64,000 nucleotides of DNA, taken from contig OY970353.1 of the NCBI GenBank assembly GCA_963718495.1, positions 3,474,988 to 3,538,987 on the forward strand, in the 5' to 3' direction. This stretch comes from an uncultured Solirubrobacterales bacterium. Lineage in GTDB: Bacteria > Actinomycetota > Thermoleophilia > Solirubrobacterales > Thermoleophilaceae. The notes beneath the pieces were generated by a model that saw nothing but the letters and a program-made list of their open reading frames with translations, ran no database searches and was not told the origin of the DNA. This document shows, piece after piece, positions 1-10,644 of the stretch (its first letter is position 1; each line of letters opens with the position of its first letter). Made by a program: the position numbers and the translations under genes.

Positions 1-2112
<2,112 letters not shown>

Positions 2113-2292
2113 GATTCTCCGGCTCCACGATACGCATGACGGGCCGATGGGCGCGTAATTCGGGTCACCGGCCGTGCGTTGGAGGGACAAGAAATGGCCC
2201 ACGCAGAGTCCCTCCCAACCATCACCCGTCCGCCGCTGCCGAGCCTGCCTACCCTGTTTCGCTCGGCCGCAAAGCGCGCTACCTTGCCGTCG

Positions 2293-3042
2293 ATGGCAGC
2301 GACCGCGGCACCGGATTCAGTCGCCGAGGATCGCCTCGCCCGCGAGGAGGAGCGCCTCGCCCGCGCAGCAGCCGCCGGCGACGGCCACGCCTTCGCGACT
2401 CTTTACGAGCGGTACGAGGCGCGGGCCTACAACCTGGCCGTCCGCGTCACCGGCTCGGCCGACGACGCCGCCGATGCCACGCAGGACGCCTTCGTGAAGG
2501 TGATGCGGCGCCTCCCGGCGATCGGGGACCGCGAGCAGCTCAACTTCGGCTCCTACCTGTTCACCGCCACGCGGAACGCCTGCTACGACCTGATGCGCAA
2601 GCAGCAGCGCACGCGGCCGACCGACGAGATCCCGGAGTCCGCCGTCCCCGTCGGCGCCGGCGTCGGTGCCGCCGACCCCGGCGACCCGGACGACGATCCG
2701 GACCGCAACGTGATCGTCCAGGCCCAGCTGCGCCCGGCCTCCTGCATAACCTCGCGGCTGAGGCGGCAGGTGTCGCACCTGGCGATGTGCTGGTCGAGCC
2801 AGGCACGGGCGGCGGAGGGAACTCGGGGAGCGGCGAAGGCAACAGCGGCGGCGGCAGCGGTGGCGGTGGCGGTGGGAACGCCCCTCCCCCACAGGCGAAT
2901 ACACCGGCTCCAGTGGCTCAGCCGGATCCGCCGGCAGTCGTCGACGAGCCGCCCGGGGTCGCAGATCCCGTCCCCACCCCGGATCCCCGCCCCTGCCGGC
3001 CCGGTGCAACGGTCTGCTGACCTGACGCCCGGTGATCAGTAG
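2293..3042 (+). CDS. ECF-type sigma-70 family protein with sigma-2 region only; 3' third aberrant (possible pseudogene)
   Basis: ORF 2179..3042, start moved to ATG 2293. Sigma-2 motifs are present (DATQDAFVKVMRRL, FGSYLFTATRNACYDLMRKQ). No sigma-4 HTH is recognisable in any + frame after about 2700. Confidence 0.5.
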   Translation: MAATAAPDSVAEDRLAREEERLARAAAAGDGHAFATLYERYEARAYNLAVRVTGSADDAADATQDAFVKVMRRLPAIGDREQLNFGSYLFTATRNACYDLMRKQQRTRPTDEIPESAVPVGAGVGAADPGDPDDDPDRNVIVQAQLRPASCITSRLRRQVSHLAMCWSSQARAAEGTRGAAKATAAAAAVAVAVGTPLPHRRIHRLQWLSRIRRQSSTSRPGSQIPSPPRIPAPAGPVQRSADLTPGDQ

Positions 3043-3884
3043 TACTCGTCCGGCTCCGGCTCGCCGCGCGGTCGCTTGCCTGGCGCGGACACCCGGCCCG
3101 GGCAGCGCTGGCGCCCCTTCCTGAAGGGGAGCTTCACGGTCACGAACGCGGCGTTGTTCTTCTCGTTCGACTCGTAGATCCCGTTGCGGGGATCGGCGGT
3201 GTGCACGAAGTCGAAGCACCCGCGCAGCCCCGTCACGTCGATCCACTGCTCGTGGTACGAGGCGGGATAGACGTCGGACCAGCCGACCGAGGTGCCGAGC
3301 CGGACCTTCGTCGTCCGCCCGCTCTTGTTGCAGCTGGGATAGGTCCGCCTGGGCGAGCGCGGCAGGAACGGCCGCGTGTGCTCGAGGTCGCGCAGGCAGT
3401 AGACGGCCTTCGGCCCGGTGCGGACGCGCTTGGTGCGCTTCCCGGTGGAGTCGCGCCGAAACAGCTCGAACTTCGCGGCATGGTCGAACTTCCAGTAGCG
3501 GCCCTGGCCGGGGATGAACTTGAAGTAGAGGCGCGCCCCGGTGGTGATGCCGATCCGGCCGCCGGCCCGCTTGTAGATCCGCTGGCGGGCGCGCATCCGG
3601 TACTTGCTGGTACGCACGCCGAACACCTCGGCGGGGCCGGCGCCGACGCTGTCGACGGAGTTGCCGGCCCGCAGAACCACCTTGCCGCGCACGGCATTGC
3701 GGTCGAGCTCGAGGTCGAACGGCTTGGTCATCTTCAGGTCCGGGCAGCGCAGCGTGGCCGCCTTGACGGGGTCGAGGCACGGGTTGGCCGGCTTCTTCTG
3801 CGCCTGGCCGCCCGCGCTGGCGGCGACGGCCAGCGCAGCCACGCAGGCGAGGAAGAGGGCGATGTAGTTGCGGGTCCGGGTCAT
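3036..3884 (-). CDS. secreted lysyl-oxidase-like domain protein
   Basis: Signal peptide MTRTRNYIALFLACVAALAVAASAGG. The C-terminal half aligns by eye to the LOX catalytic domain (GPKAVYCLRD vs GHKASFCLED; GWSDVY..HEQWIDVTGL vs GCYDTY..DCQWIDITDV; ESNEKNNA vs ESDYTNNV). Confidence 0.55.
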   Translation of the reverse strand: MTRTRNYIALFLACVAALAVAASAGGQAQKKPANPCLDPVKAATLRCPDLKMTKPFDLELDRNAVRGKVVLRAGNSVDSVGAGPAEVFGVRTSKYRMRARQRIYKRAGGRIGITTGARLYFKFIPGQGRYWKFDHAAKFELFRRDSTGKRTKRVRTGPKAVYCLRDLEHTRPFLPRSPRRTYPSCNKSGRTTKVRLGTSVGWSDVYPASYHEQWIDVTGLRGCFDFVHTADPRNGIYESNEKNNAAFVTVKLPFRKGRQRCPGRVSAPGKRPRGEPEPDEYY

Positions 3885-3918
3885 CTGCAGCGGTGATTTC
3901 TAGCGGACGCCGCCGGCG

Positions 3919-5067
3919 TCACTCGGCACATGCCCCGGTATCAACCGGCCTTGCGGCCTTTCGGAGCGCTCCGGCGACCACGGAATCGGGCACGCCGTAT
4001 CCCGTTCCACTGCCCGAGCCGGTCGCGGCGGCGAAAATCGTCGTCACCACCTGCCCGGCCCCGTCGACCATCGGGCCGCCGGAGTTCCCGGACCGCACGA
4101 GCCCGCGCAGCGACGTGATGCGGCGGCTGACCGGGCCCCGCCCGTAGGCGTCCTGCGTCAGCACCGACCGGGTCGAGCCCAGGCGCCCGGGCTCGACGTC
4201 GTAGGGGCCGTTCTGCGGGAAGCCGAGGATCGCCGCCGACGTGCCGACCGGGGCGTCGATCCGGAGCTTGAGCGCCGGACGGCTCCGTGCCGCATCGGTG
4301 CGGAGGATCGCGATGTCGTTGCGCGCGTCGAACCAGATCGCGTCGGCGTCGTGCCGGGTGCCGGAGCCGTCGAGCTGGACCGTCGTGTCGTCCTGCCCCG
4401 CCACCACGTGGGCGTTCGTCACCACCATGCCGTCGCCGGCGATCCAGCCGGAGCCCTGCACCCCGAGACCGCAGGCCGTGCCGAGGATCCGGACCACGCT
4501 GGCGCCGGCGGCCCGCACCTCGGGGTCGCGCGCGATCGCCGAATCCGGCGGGCGGACGTTCGCGCTCGGCCCGTTGATCTGCGGCAGCGGGTCGAATCGC
4601 GCCAGCGCGTTGATGATCGGGCCGGACGGCGGCAGATGGTCGTTGAGCTCGCTCAGGATCGCCGAGCGCTGGATGGTGTCCCGGAATTCGCGCGCGCCGG
4701 GCGTCTGCAGCGCCACGGCGCCGAGGATCCACGCGATACCGAGCCCGAGACAGGCGGCGAGCACGAACCCGCCGGCGCCGTCGAGGCGCCCGAGCGCGCC
4801 GCCGAGGCGCTGGCGCAGGCTGAAGCCGAGGAACTCGAGGCCGGACGCGAGGATGCCGCCGATCAGCAGCGCGCCGACCAGGGCGGCCAGCGGCGCGTAG
4901 GGCGACTCCGCGCCCTCGCTGAGCACCAGCGGCCCGAGGCGCGATCCGACGATCGCGCCGCCCGCGAACCCGGCCAGGGAGAGCGCACCGACGATCAGGC
5001 CCTGTGCGTAGCCCCACAGGCCCATCAGCAGCGTGAACGCGAGGATGATCCAGTCGAGCTCCGTCAC
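3919..5067 (-). CDS. CvpA-domain membrane-anchored trypsin-like serine protease (MarP/Rv3671c-like)
   Basis: N-terminal multi-TM CvpA-like region plus a chymotrypsin-fold triad context (TNAHVV, NDIAIL, GNSGGP). Confidence 0.8.
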   Translation of the reverse strand: MTELDWIILAFTLLMGLWGYAQGLIVGALSLAGFAGGAIVGSRLGPLVLSEGAESPYAPLAALVGALLIGGILASGLEFLGFSLRQRLGGALGRLDGAGGFVLAACLGLGIAWILGAVALQTPGAREFRDTIQRSAILSELNDHLPPSGPIINALARFDPLPQINGPSANVRPPDSAIARDPEVRAAGASVVRILGTACGLGVQGSGWIAGDGMVVTNAHVVAGQDDTTVQLDGSGTRHDADAIWFDARNDIAILRTDAARSRPALKLRIDAPVGTSAAILGFPQNGPYDVEPGRLGSTRSVLTQDAYGRGPVSRRITSLRGLVRSGNSGGPMVDGAGQVVTTIFAAATGSGSGTGYGVPDSVVAGALRKAARPVDTGACAE

Positions 5068-5138
5068 AGGCGCGAAACGGTAGTGGCCGCCCGCAAACCG
5101 GGGCGGTACAGGCGCCGCAGGCAGTACGCTGCCCGGCT

Positions 5139-6818
5139 GTGACGAGCCAGTCCGCGTATGAGCGGCGCCGCCGGTTGACGCACAGGGCTCTCCCGGTTCT
5201 GGGCTCCGCCGCGATAGTCGCGTTCGGCGGCGGGCTGCTGATCGGCAAGGCCACCGAATCCGGCTCTGAGAGGGTCGCGAAGCAGTTCACGAGCGCGTGG
5301 CAGCGGGGCGACTACACGGCGATGTACGACCTCCTCTCCGACGGGGCCAAGGCGCGCTACTCGCGCTCGTCGTTCGAGCAGGCGTACGCCAACGCGGGCG
5401 CCACGTCCACGGCGACCGCCATCGCCGTCGCGGAGCCCGCCGGGGGCGGCGACGGCAAGGTCCGCGTGCCGGTCACGGTCCGCACGAAGGTGTTCGGCAC
5501 CGTCATGGGCGAGGTCGCCGTGCCGGTCGCGGACGAGGCAGTCGACTGGGCGCCGGACCTCGTCTTCCCCGGGCTCGCCGCCGGCCAGCGACTCGAGCGG
5601 GAGACGCAGGCACCGGCGCGGGCGAAGATCGTGTCCTCCGACGGCAAGGTTCTCGCCGACGGCCCCGGCGACGCCCGCACCCACCCGGAGGAGGTCGGCG
5701 GCTCGATCGCGGGCGAGATCACGAAGCCCGCGGACGCGAAGGCGCGCCTCGCGCTCTACGAGCGCGGCTTCCCGCCGGACACGGCGGTCGGAATGACGGG
5801 GCTCGAGCGCGCGCTCGAGCCGCAGGTGGCAGGCACGCCGGGCGGCACGCTGAAGGCGGGCGGGCGGGTCATCGCCACGAGCCGACCGCGCCCCGCCACG
5901 CCGGTGCGGACGACCATCGACAGCCGCGTCCAGGCAGCCGCGGTCACGGCCCTCGCGGGACGGCTCGGCGGGATCGCGGCGGTCGACCCCCGCAACGGCG
6001 AGATCCGGGCACTGGCAGGCATCGCCTTCTCGGCCCCCCAGCCGCCCGGCTCGACGTTCAAGATCGTCACGACCGTGGCCGCCCTCGACGCGGGCAAGGT
6101 CGCGCTGAAGGACAAGTTCCCGGTCGAGAGCCATGCGGTGATCGACGGCGTCGACCTCGACAACGCCAACGGCGAGCTGTGCGGCGGCACGCTGGCCGAA
6201 TCGTTCGCCCACTCGTGCAACTCCGTCTTCGCCCCTCTCGGCGTGAAGGTGGGCTCGGCGGGCCTCGTCGAGACCGCCGAGCGCTTCGGCTGGAACTCGA
6301 AGCCGACCGTCCCCGGCGAGGTCCCGAGCACGATGCCGCCGGCGTCCGACATCGTCGATCCGCTCGCGGTCGGCTCGACGGCGATCGGCCAGGATCGCGT
6401 GCTCGCCACGCCGCTCCAGCTCGCGTCGGTGGCGCAGACCATCGCCGCCGGCGGACTGCGCTACCTGCCCACGCTCCAGCCCGGCCTGCGCCGCAAGCCG
6501 ATCAAGGTGACCTCGCGCAAGACCGCGCAGCAGCTGGCCGGCCTGATGGCGGGCGTCGTGGTCTACGGCACCGGGACGCTGGCTCAGATCCCTGGAGTCA
6601 AGGTCGCCGGCAAGACCGGCACGGCCGAGCTGGAGGACACGCGCGGCCCGGACGGCGAGCCGATCGAGAGCGGCCCCGAGAACACGGACGCGTGGTTCAC
6701 GAGCTTCGCGCCGATCGCCAAGCCCAGGATCGCGGTAGCGGCGATGTTCGTCCGCAACGGCTCGGGCGGCGATGTGGCAGCGCCGGCAGCAAAGACGGTC
6801 CTGCAGGCCGGGCTGTAA
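5139..6818 (+). CDS. penicillin-binding protein (class B-like transpeptidase with NTF2-like N-terminal domain)
   Basis: GTG start, N-terminal TM. Motifs STFK (SxxK), SCN (SxN) and KTGTA (KTG). Confidence 0.85.
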   Translation: MTSQSAYERRRRLTHRALPVLGSAAIVAFGGGLLIGKATESGSERVAKQFTSAWQRGDYTAMYDLLSDGAKARYSRSSFEQAYANAGATSTATAIAVAEPAGGGDGKVRVPVTVRTKVFGTVMGEVAVPVADEAVDWAPDLVFPGLAAGQRLERETQAPARAKIVSSDGKVLADGPGDARTHPEEVGGSIAGEITKPADAKARLALYERGFPPDTAVGMTGLERALEPQVAGTPGGTLKAGGRVIATSRPRPATPVRTTIDSRVQAAAVTALAGRLGGIAAVDPRNGEIRALAGIAFSAPQPPGSTFKIVTTVAALDAGKVALKDKFPVESHAVIDGVDLDNANGELCGGTLAESFAHSCNSVFAPLGVKVGSAGLVETAERFGWNSKPTVPGEVPSTMPPASDIVDPLAVGSTAIGQDRVLATPLQLASVAQTIAAGGLRYLPTLQPGLRRKPIKVTSRKTAQQLAGLMAGVVVYGTGTLAQIPGVKVAGKTGTAELEDTRGPDGEPIESGPENTDAWFTSFAPIAKPRIAVAAMFVRNGSGGDVAAPAAKTVLQAGL

Positions 6819-6839
6819 CCGCCGGCCGGGGCGGTACGC

Positions 6840-7412
6840 CTAAATATCGAGCTCGTAGATGAGCTTCTCGCGCTTGCCCTTCTCGACATCGAACGGGCCG
6901 ATGATCTCGAGCTCGAGCGGGCGGTTCTCGGTGTTCTGCAGCGGGAACTGGAACAGGACGAGCATGCCGCCGGTCGGTCCGAGCTGGGCGACGCTGCCGG
7001 ACGCGGGGGTGCACTCGTCGGGCGCCAGCACCTTGGGCCGGTAGGCGAACGGGTTCCTGCGGTCGATCTCCAGCGGCTCGAAGCGCGTGCCCTGGTTGTC
7101 GATGACCTCGAAGTGGTCGGCGCTGCGCCTGGGCTCGTCGCCGTGGTTGCAGACCTGGACGAAGACGCCGTAGAGCGACTCGCCGGGCGGGGCCGGGCGA
7201 TCGAAGTAGGCCTTGTCCTCCTCGATCCTCAGGTTCAGCTCGCGCGTCAGGAAGACGTTGTAGTGCAGGCCGCCCAGCGGGAGGCTGAGGCCCTCGCGGG
7301 CAGGCTCCTCGACGCCCTGCTCGGCATGGTTGCCGCACGCCGCGAGCGCGAGCACCGCCATGAGTGCGAGGGCGGCGCAGGCCAGATGGCGTATGAGGCG
7401 GTGACGGCGCAT
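6840..7412 (-). CDS. lipoprotein, beta-sandwich DUF4352-like (tentative)
   Basis: ORF 6840..7499, start moved to ATG 7412 (MRRHRLIRHLACAALALMAVLALAACG; lipobox LAAC). Confidence 0.6.
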   Translation of the reverse strand: MRRHRLIRHLACAALALMAVLALAACGNHAEQGVEEPAREGLSLPLGGLHYNVFLTRELNLRIEEDKAYFDRPAPPGESLYGVFVQVCNHGDEPRRSADHFEVIDNQGTRFEPLEIDRRNPFAYRPKVLAPDECTPASGSVAQLGPTGGMLVLFQFPLQNTENRPLELEIIGPFDVEKGKREKLIYELDI

Positions 7413-7446
7413 GGACGGCGGGCAGTCTATGGGAAACGGCCGCTTG

Positions 7447-8013
7447 CTAGGCGTCCTGGGCAGCGGCGGCGTCACCACGGCGGGCCCCGGGGTGCGCACC
7501 GAAGCGCGGAGCCTTGTAGTCGTCGTATCCCCCGACCGTCGCGCGCTTGAGCTCGCCGGCCGGCGGGTCCTCGAAGATCTTCCGCAGGCGTTCGAGGGCG
7601 ATCCGCGTCTGCCGCTTGATCCAGCGGTGGCCGCCGCGCTGCTTGATCTTGTCGACGAGCGTCGCGGGCTCGGCCAGCGTGCTCATCTCCACGCGGGTCC
7701 CGCCGTGCTCGGGGATGAAGTCGTAGACGGCGACGAAACGCGAGCGGCCCCTGCGCCCGACCCGCCCCGACTCGACGATCCGCCGCGGGCGGTCGCACTC
7801 GGTGACGTCGATCTCCGCCCAGTCGCTCGTGTTCTTGCCCCGGTCGAACTTGAAGCGCGCGGCCGCGCCGAGGCCGACGGGGTTCGCCCGCGCCAGCCGG
7901 AACTCGGCGAGGTAGTGGTCGCTCCACGACGGGCGTAGCGACAGGTCCGAGACGAAATCGAACACCTCTTCCCGCGGGGCGGAGATGACGAGGCTGACGG
8001 TGACCTGACGCAC
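7447..8013 (-). CDS. SRPBCC (START/polyketide-cyclase-like) family protein
   Basis: MRQVTVSLVISAPREEVFDFVSDLSLRPSW.. is a typical SRPBCC N-terminus. GTG start. Confidence 0.6.
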   Translation of the reverse strand: MRQVTVSLVISAPREEVFDFVSDLSLRPSWSDHYLAEFRLARANPVGLGAAARFKFDRGKNTSDWAEIDVTECDRPRRIVESGRVGRRGRSRFVAVYDFIPEHGGTRVEMSTLAEPATLVDKIKQRGGHRWIKRQTRIALERLRKIFEDPPAGELKRATVGGYDDYKAPRFGAHPGARRGDAAAAQDA

Positions 8014-8117
8014 TGGCCGGGATTCTACGGGGAATGCCGCAACGGTCGAACCCGCCTGGTGGGGCCGTGGGGTCGACGCCGCCGGGGGTCCGGGGGCGGG
8101 AGGCCCCGGTCAACTTC

Positions 8118-8363
8118 CTAAGCGGCGATGTGCGGCTTGGCCTGGAGATGCCGCTCGGAGGCGTGCACGCGTTCCGTGCGTACGAACCGGCGGTCGTCCT
8201 CGGGCAGCATCAGCGCGCAGAGGTCGCACAGCACACGCCCGGACACCGTCTCGTGCATACGCTCGCCGACCAGCGGGGTGCGATGGCACTTCGAGCAGAA
8301 GGGCCTACCGCTCTTCAGCGCGCCGACGGACTTGCGGAGGAGGATGGCGGCGATGTCGGGCAT
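8118..8363 (-). CDS. small zinc-ribbon protein (hypothetical)
   Basis: ORF 8118..8426, start moved to ATG 8363. Has CSKC ... CDLC cysteine pairs. Divergent from the FHA gene. Confidence 0.4.
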   Translation of the reverse strand: MPDIAAILLRKSVGALKSGRPFCSKCHRTPLVGERMHETVSGRVLCDLCALMLPEDDRRFVRTERVHASERHLQAKPHIAA

Positions 8364-8505
8364 GCGGCCCTGTTCCCGCACGTTGCGGGAATTCCTCCCG
8401 GAACGGCTCTCGCTGGCGGAATTCATGCAGAGAGCGGCGTTTCCTCTTCACGGGCATTTGGGTACCTCGTTTAGAATCCGCACAAGTCCCCAAGGAGGAG
8501 AACGG

Positions 8506-9072
8506 ATGATGCAGTCCTTCGATTCAGGAACGCTTGCGGGGGCAGGGTCCTTCGAGTGCGAGGCGTGCGGTTTCGCCGTCGTCTTGAGGGAGAGCGACCA
8601 TCTACCGGAGTGTGCACGCTGCGAGGGAACGCAGTTCCGCCGCGCCTCGATGTTCGCCACGGAGGAAACGCAAGACACCGCCGCACTCGCGGCGGAGCCG
8701 GCTCCCGACTGGCTGGCCGGTGCGCGCGAAGCGCTCACCGACGCCGGCGACATCGCGGCCGGCGACTACCTGGCAGTGGAGCTGGACGACACCGTGCGGG
8801 TGTTGCCGCTGGCCGACGGCTGGACCCGGATCGGGCGCAGCCTGTCAGCCGACGTGCGGCTCGACGACCCGTCGGTCTCGCGCCGGCACGCGCTCGTGTA
8901 CCGCGACGCCGACGGCGCCAAGGTGCTCGACGACCGCAGCCTGAACGGCGTGTTCCGCAACGGCGAGCGGGTCGATCTCGCGGAACTGGACGACGGCGAC
9001 GTGCTCGGCGTGGGGCGGTTCGCGCTCCACTTCATGCAGCTCGCGGGAGACCGGGAGGTGCAGACGGTCTAG
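8506..9072 (+). CDS. zinc-ribbon plus FHA domain protein
   Basis: In-frame ATG 8506 preceded by GGAGGAG. N-terminal CEAC..CARC, then an FHA core (IGRS..DVRLDDPSVSRRHA..LDDRSLNGVFRNGERV). Confidence 0.75.
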   Translation: MMQSFDSGTLAGAGSFECEACGFAVVLRESDHLPECARCEGTQFRRASMFATEETQDTAALAAEPAPDWLAGAREALTDAGDIAAGDYLAVELDDTVRVLPLADGWTRIGRSLSADVRLDDPSVSRRHALVYRDADGAKVLDDRSLNGVFRNGERVDLAELDDGDVLGVGRFALHFMQLAGDREVQTV

Positions 9073-9076
9073 GGAA

Positions 9077-10642
9077 TCAGTCGCGAGACGGCCCGGACCA
9101 GAAGGCGTCCCCCACCGTCACCGTGCCGGCCACTTCGGCCTGGTTGCGCAGCGAGTGGGGGTCGTCGTCCTCATACGCGAACAGCGAGTCCGCAGTACGC
9201 GGACGCGCCACGCCCGTCCCGCCGAGATGGCGGTCGACGATCTTCGCGCAGCGGCGCCCTTCGGCGATCGCGGTGACCACGAGCGACTGGCCGACGCGCG
9301 CGTCGCCGCAGGCGAACACAGCGTCCTGGCGCGTGCCGTAGACGGGGGCCTTGACGTTGCCGCGGGCGTCGAGGTCGAGCTCGAGGTCCTCCACGAGCCC
9401 GGCGTGCTCGGGTGAGGTGAAGCCGATGGCCACGAGCACGAGGTCGGCCGCGTGGTCGAACTCGCTGCCGGGCACGGCGCGGAGGTCGCGGGAGGAGGTG
9501 CCCTCCACCCGGCGCGCGTGGACGCCCGCGACGCGGCCATCCTCCCCGACGACCTCGGTCACCTGCGACGCCCACTGGCGCTTGCCGCCCTCGTCGAGCG
9601 CGTAGGTGCTGAGCGTGCGCTTGGGCGGCAGCGGCCACGGCGTCAAGGCATCGCGCCCTGACGCGGGCAGCTCGGGGTAGACGTCGAGCATCTGGACGTC
9701 GGCCGCGCCCTCGCGGATCGCATTCGAGATGCAGTCCATGCCGGTGTCGCCGCCGCCGACCACCACGACCCGCTTGCCGGCCGCGACGATCCGCTGGTCC
9801 TCCGGGGTCTCGAAGAACTTCCGGCCTTCCTGCTCGGCCACGAACCGGTTGCGCTGGTAGAGGTAGTCCATCGCGGGATGCACGCCGGCGAGCTCCGAGC
9901 CGGGCACGTCGAGCGGCCGCGGGACCCGCGAGCCGATCGCGATCACCACGGCGTCGTGCTGCCCGCGCAGGTCGGAGGTCGAGAGGTCGCGGCCGACGTC
10001 GACGCCGCACTCGAACCTGATCCCCTCCTCCTCCATCAGCTTCGTCCGGCGGTCGATGATCCACTTCTCGAGCTTCGCGTCCGGCACGCCGAACCGCAGC
10101 AGGCCGCCGGGGGCCTCGTCGCGCTCGTAGACGGTGACCTCGTGCCCGAACCCGTTCAGCTGCGCGGCGGCCGCGAGGCCGGCCGGTCCGGAGCCGACCA
10201 CGGCGACGGTGCGGCCGGTGCGGCGCTCGGGCGGATTGGCGGAGATCCAGCCCTCGTCGAAGCCCTTCGTGACGATCGCCAGCTCGATCTGCTCGATCGT
10301 CACCGGGTCGTCGTTGATCTGCAGCACGCACGCGGACTCGCACGGCGCCGGGCAGATCAGGCCCGTGAACTCGGGGAAGTTGTTGGTCGCGTGCAGCTGG
10401 GTGAGCGCGTCACGCCAGCGGTCGCGATAGACGAGGTCGTTCCAGTCCGGGATGCGGTTCCCGAGCGGGCAGCCCTCGTGGCAGAACGGCACGCCGCAGT
10501 CCATGCAGCGGGCGCCCTGCTCGCGGAGCGTCTCCTCGGGCGGGAGGTCGAAGTACTGCTTGTAGTCGTCCACGCGCTGCTCGGGGTCGCGCTTCTCGAA
10601 GCCGACCCGGTGGATACGCAGGAACGCGCCGAGCTCGCCCAT
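9077..10642 (-). CDS. gltD: glutamate synthase small subunit
   Basis: Start ATG 10642 inside ORF 9077..11251. Has the CMDCGVPFC Fe-S motif and the VAVVGSGPAGLAAA dinucleotide fold. Lies immediately downstream of the gltB stop (10645). Confidence 0.9.
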   Translation of the reverse strand: MGELGAFLRIHRVGFEKRDPEQRVDDYKQYFDLPPEETLREQGARCMDCGVPFCHEGCPLGNRIPDWNDLVYRDRWRDALTQLHATNNFPEFTGLICPAPCESACVLQINDDPVTIEQIELAIVTKGFDEGWISANPPERRTGRTVAVVGSGPAGLAAAAQLNGFGHEVTVYERDEAPGGLLRFGVPDAKLEKWIIDRRTKLMEEEGIRFECGVDVGRDLSTSDLRGQHDAVVIAIGSRVPRPLDVPGSELAGVHPAMDYLYQRNRFVAEQEGRKFFETPEDQRIVAAGKRVVVVGGGDTGMDCISNAIREGAADVQMLDVYPELPASGRDALTPWPLPPKRTLSTYALDEGGKRQWASQVTEVVGEDGRVAGVHARRVEGTSSRDLRAVPGSEFDHAADLVLVAIGFTSPEHAGLVEDLELDLDARGNVKAPVYGTRQDAVFACGDARVGQSLVVTAIAEGRRCAKIVDRHLGGTGVARPRTADSLFAYEDDDPHSLRNQAEVAGTVTVGDAFWSGPSRD

Positions 10643-10644
10643 CG

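Noticed and set aside
2830-2880. GGC/GGT-rich tract as a possible repeat array
   Set aside because: It is a short imperfect trinucleotide low-complexity tract inside a reading frame. It has no spacer-repeat organisation and is not CRISPR-like.
2317-3780. 487-aa minus-strand ORF spanning the sigma and LOX-like genes
   Set aside because: It is Arg/Pro/Gly-rich and featureless, and it overlaps two better-supported genes in other frames or on the other strand.
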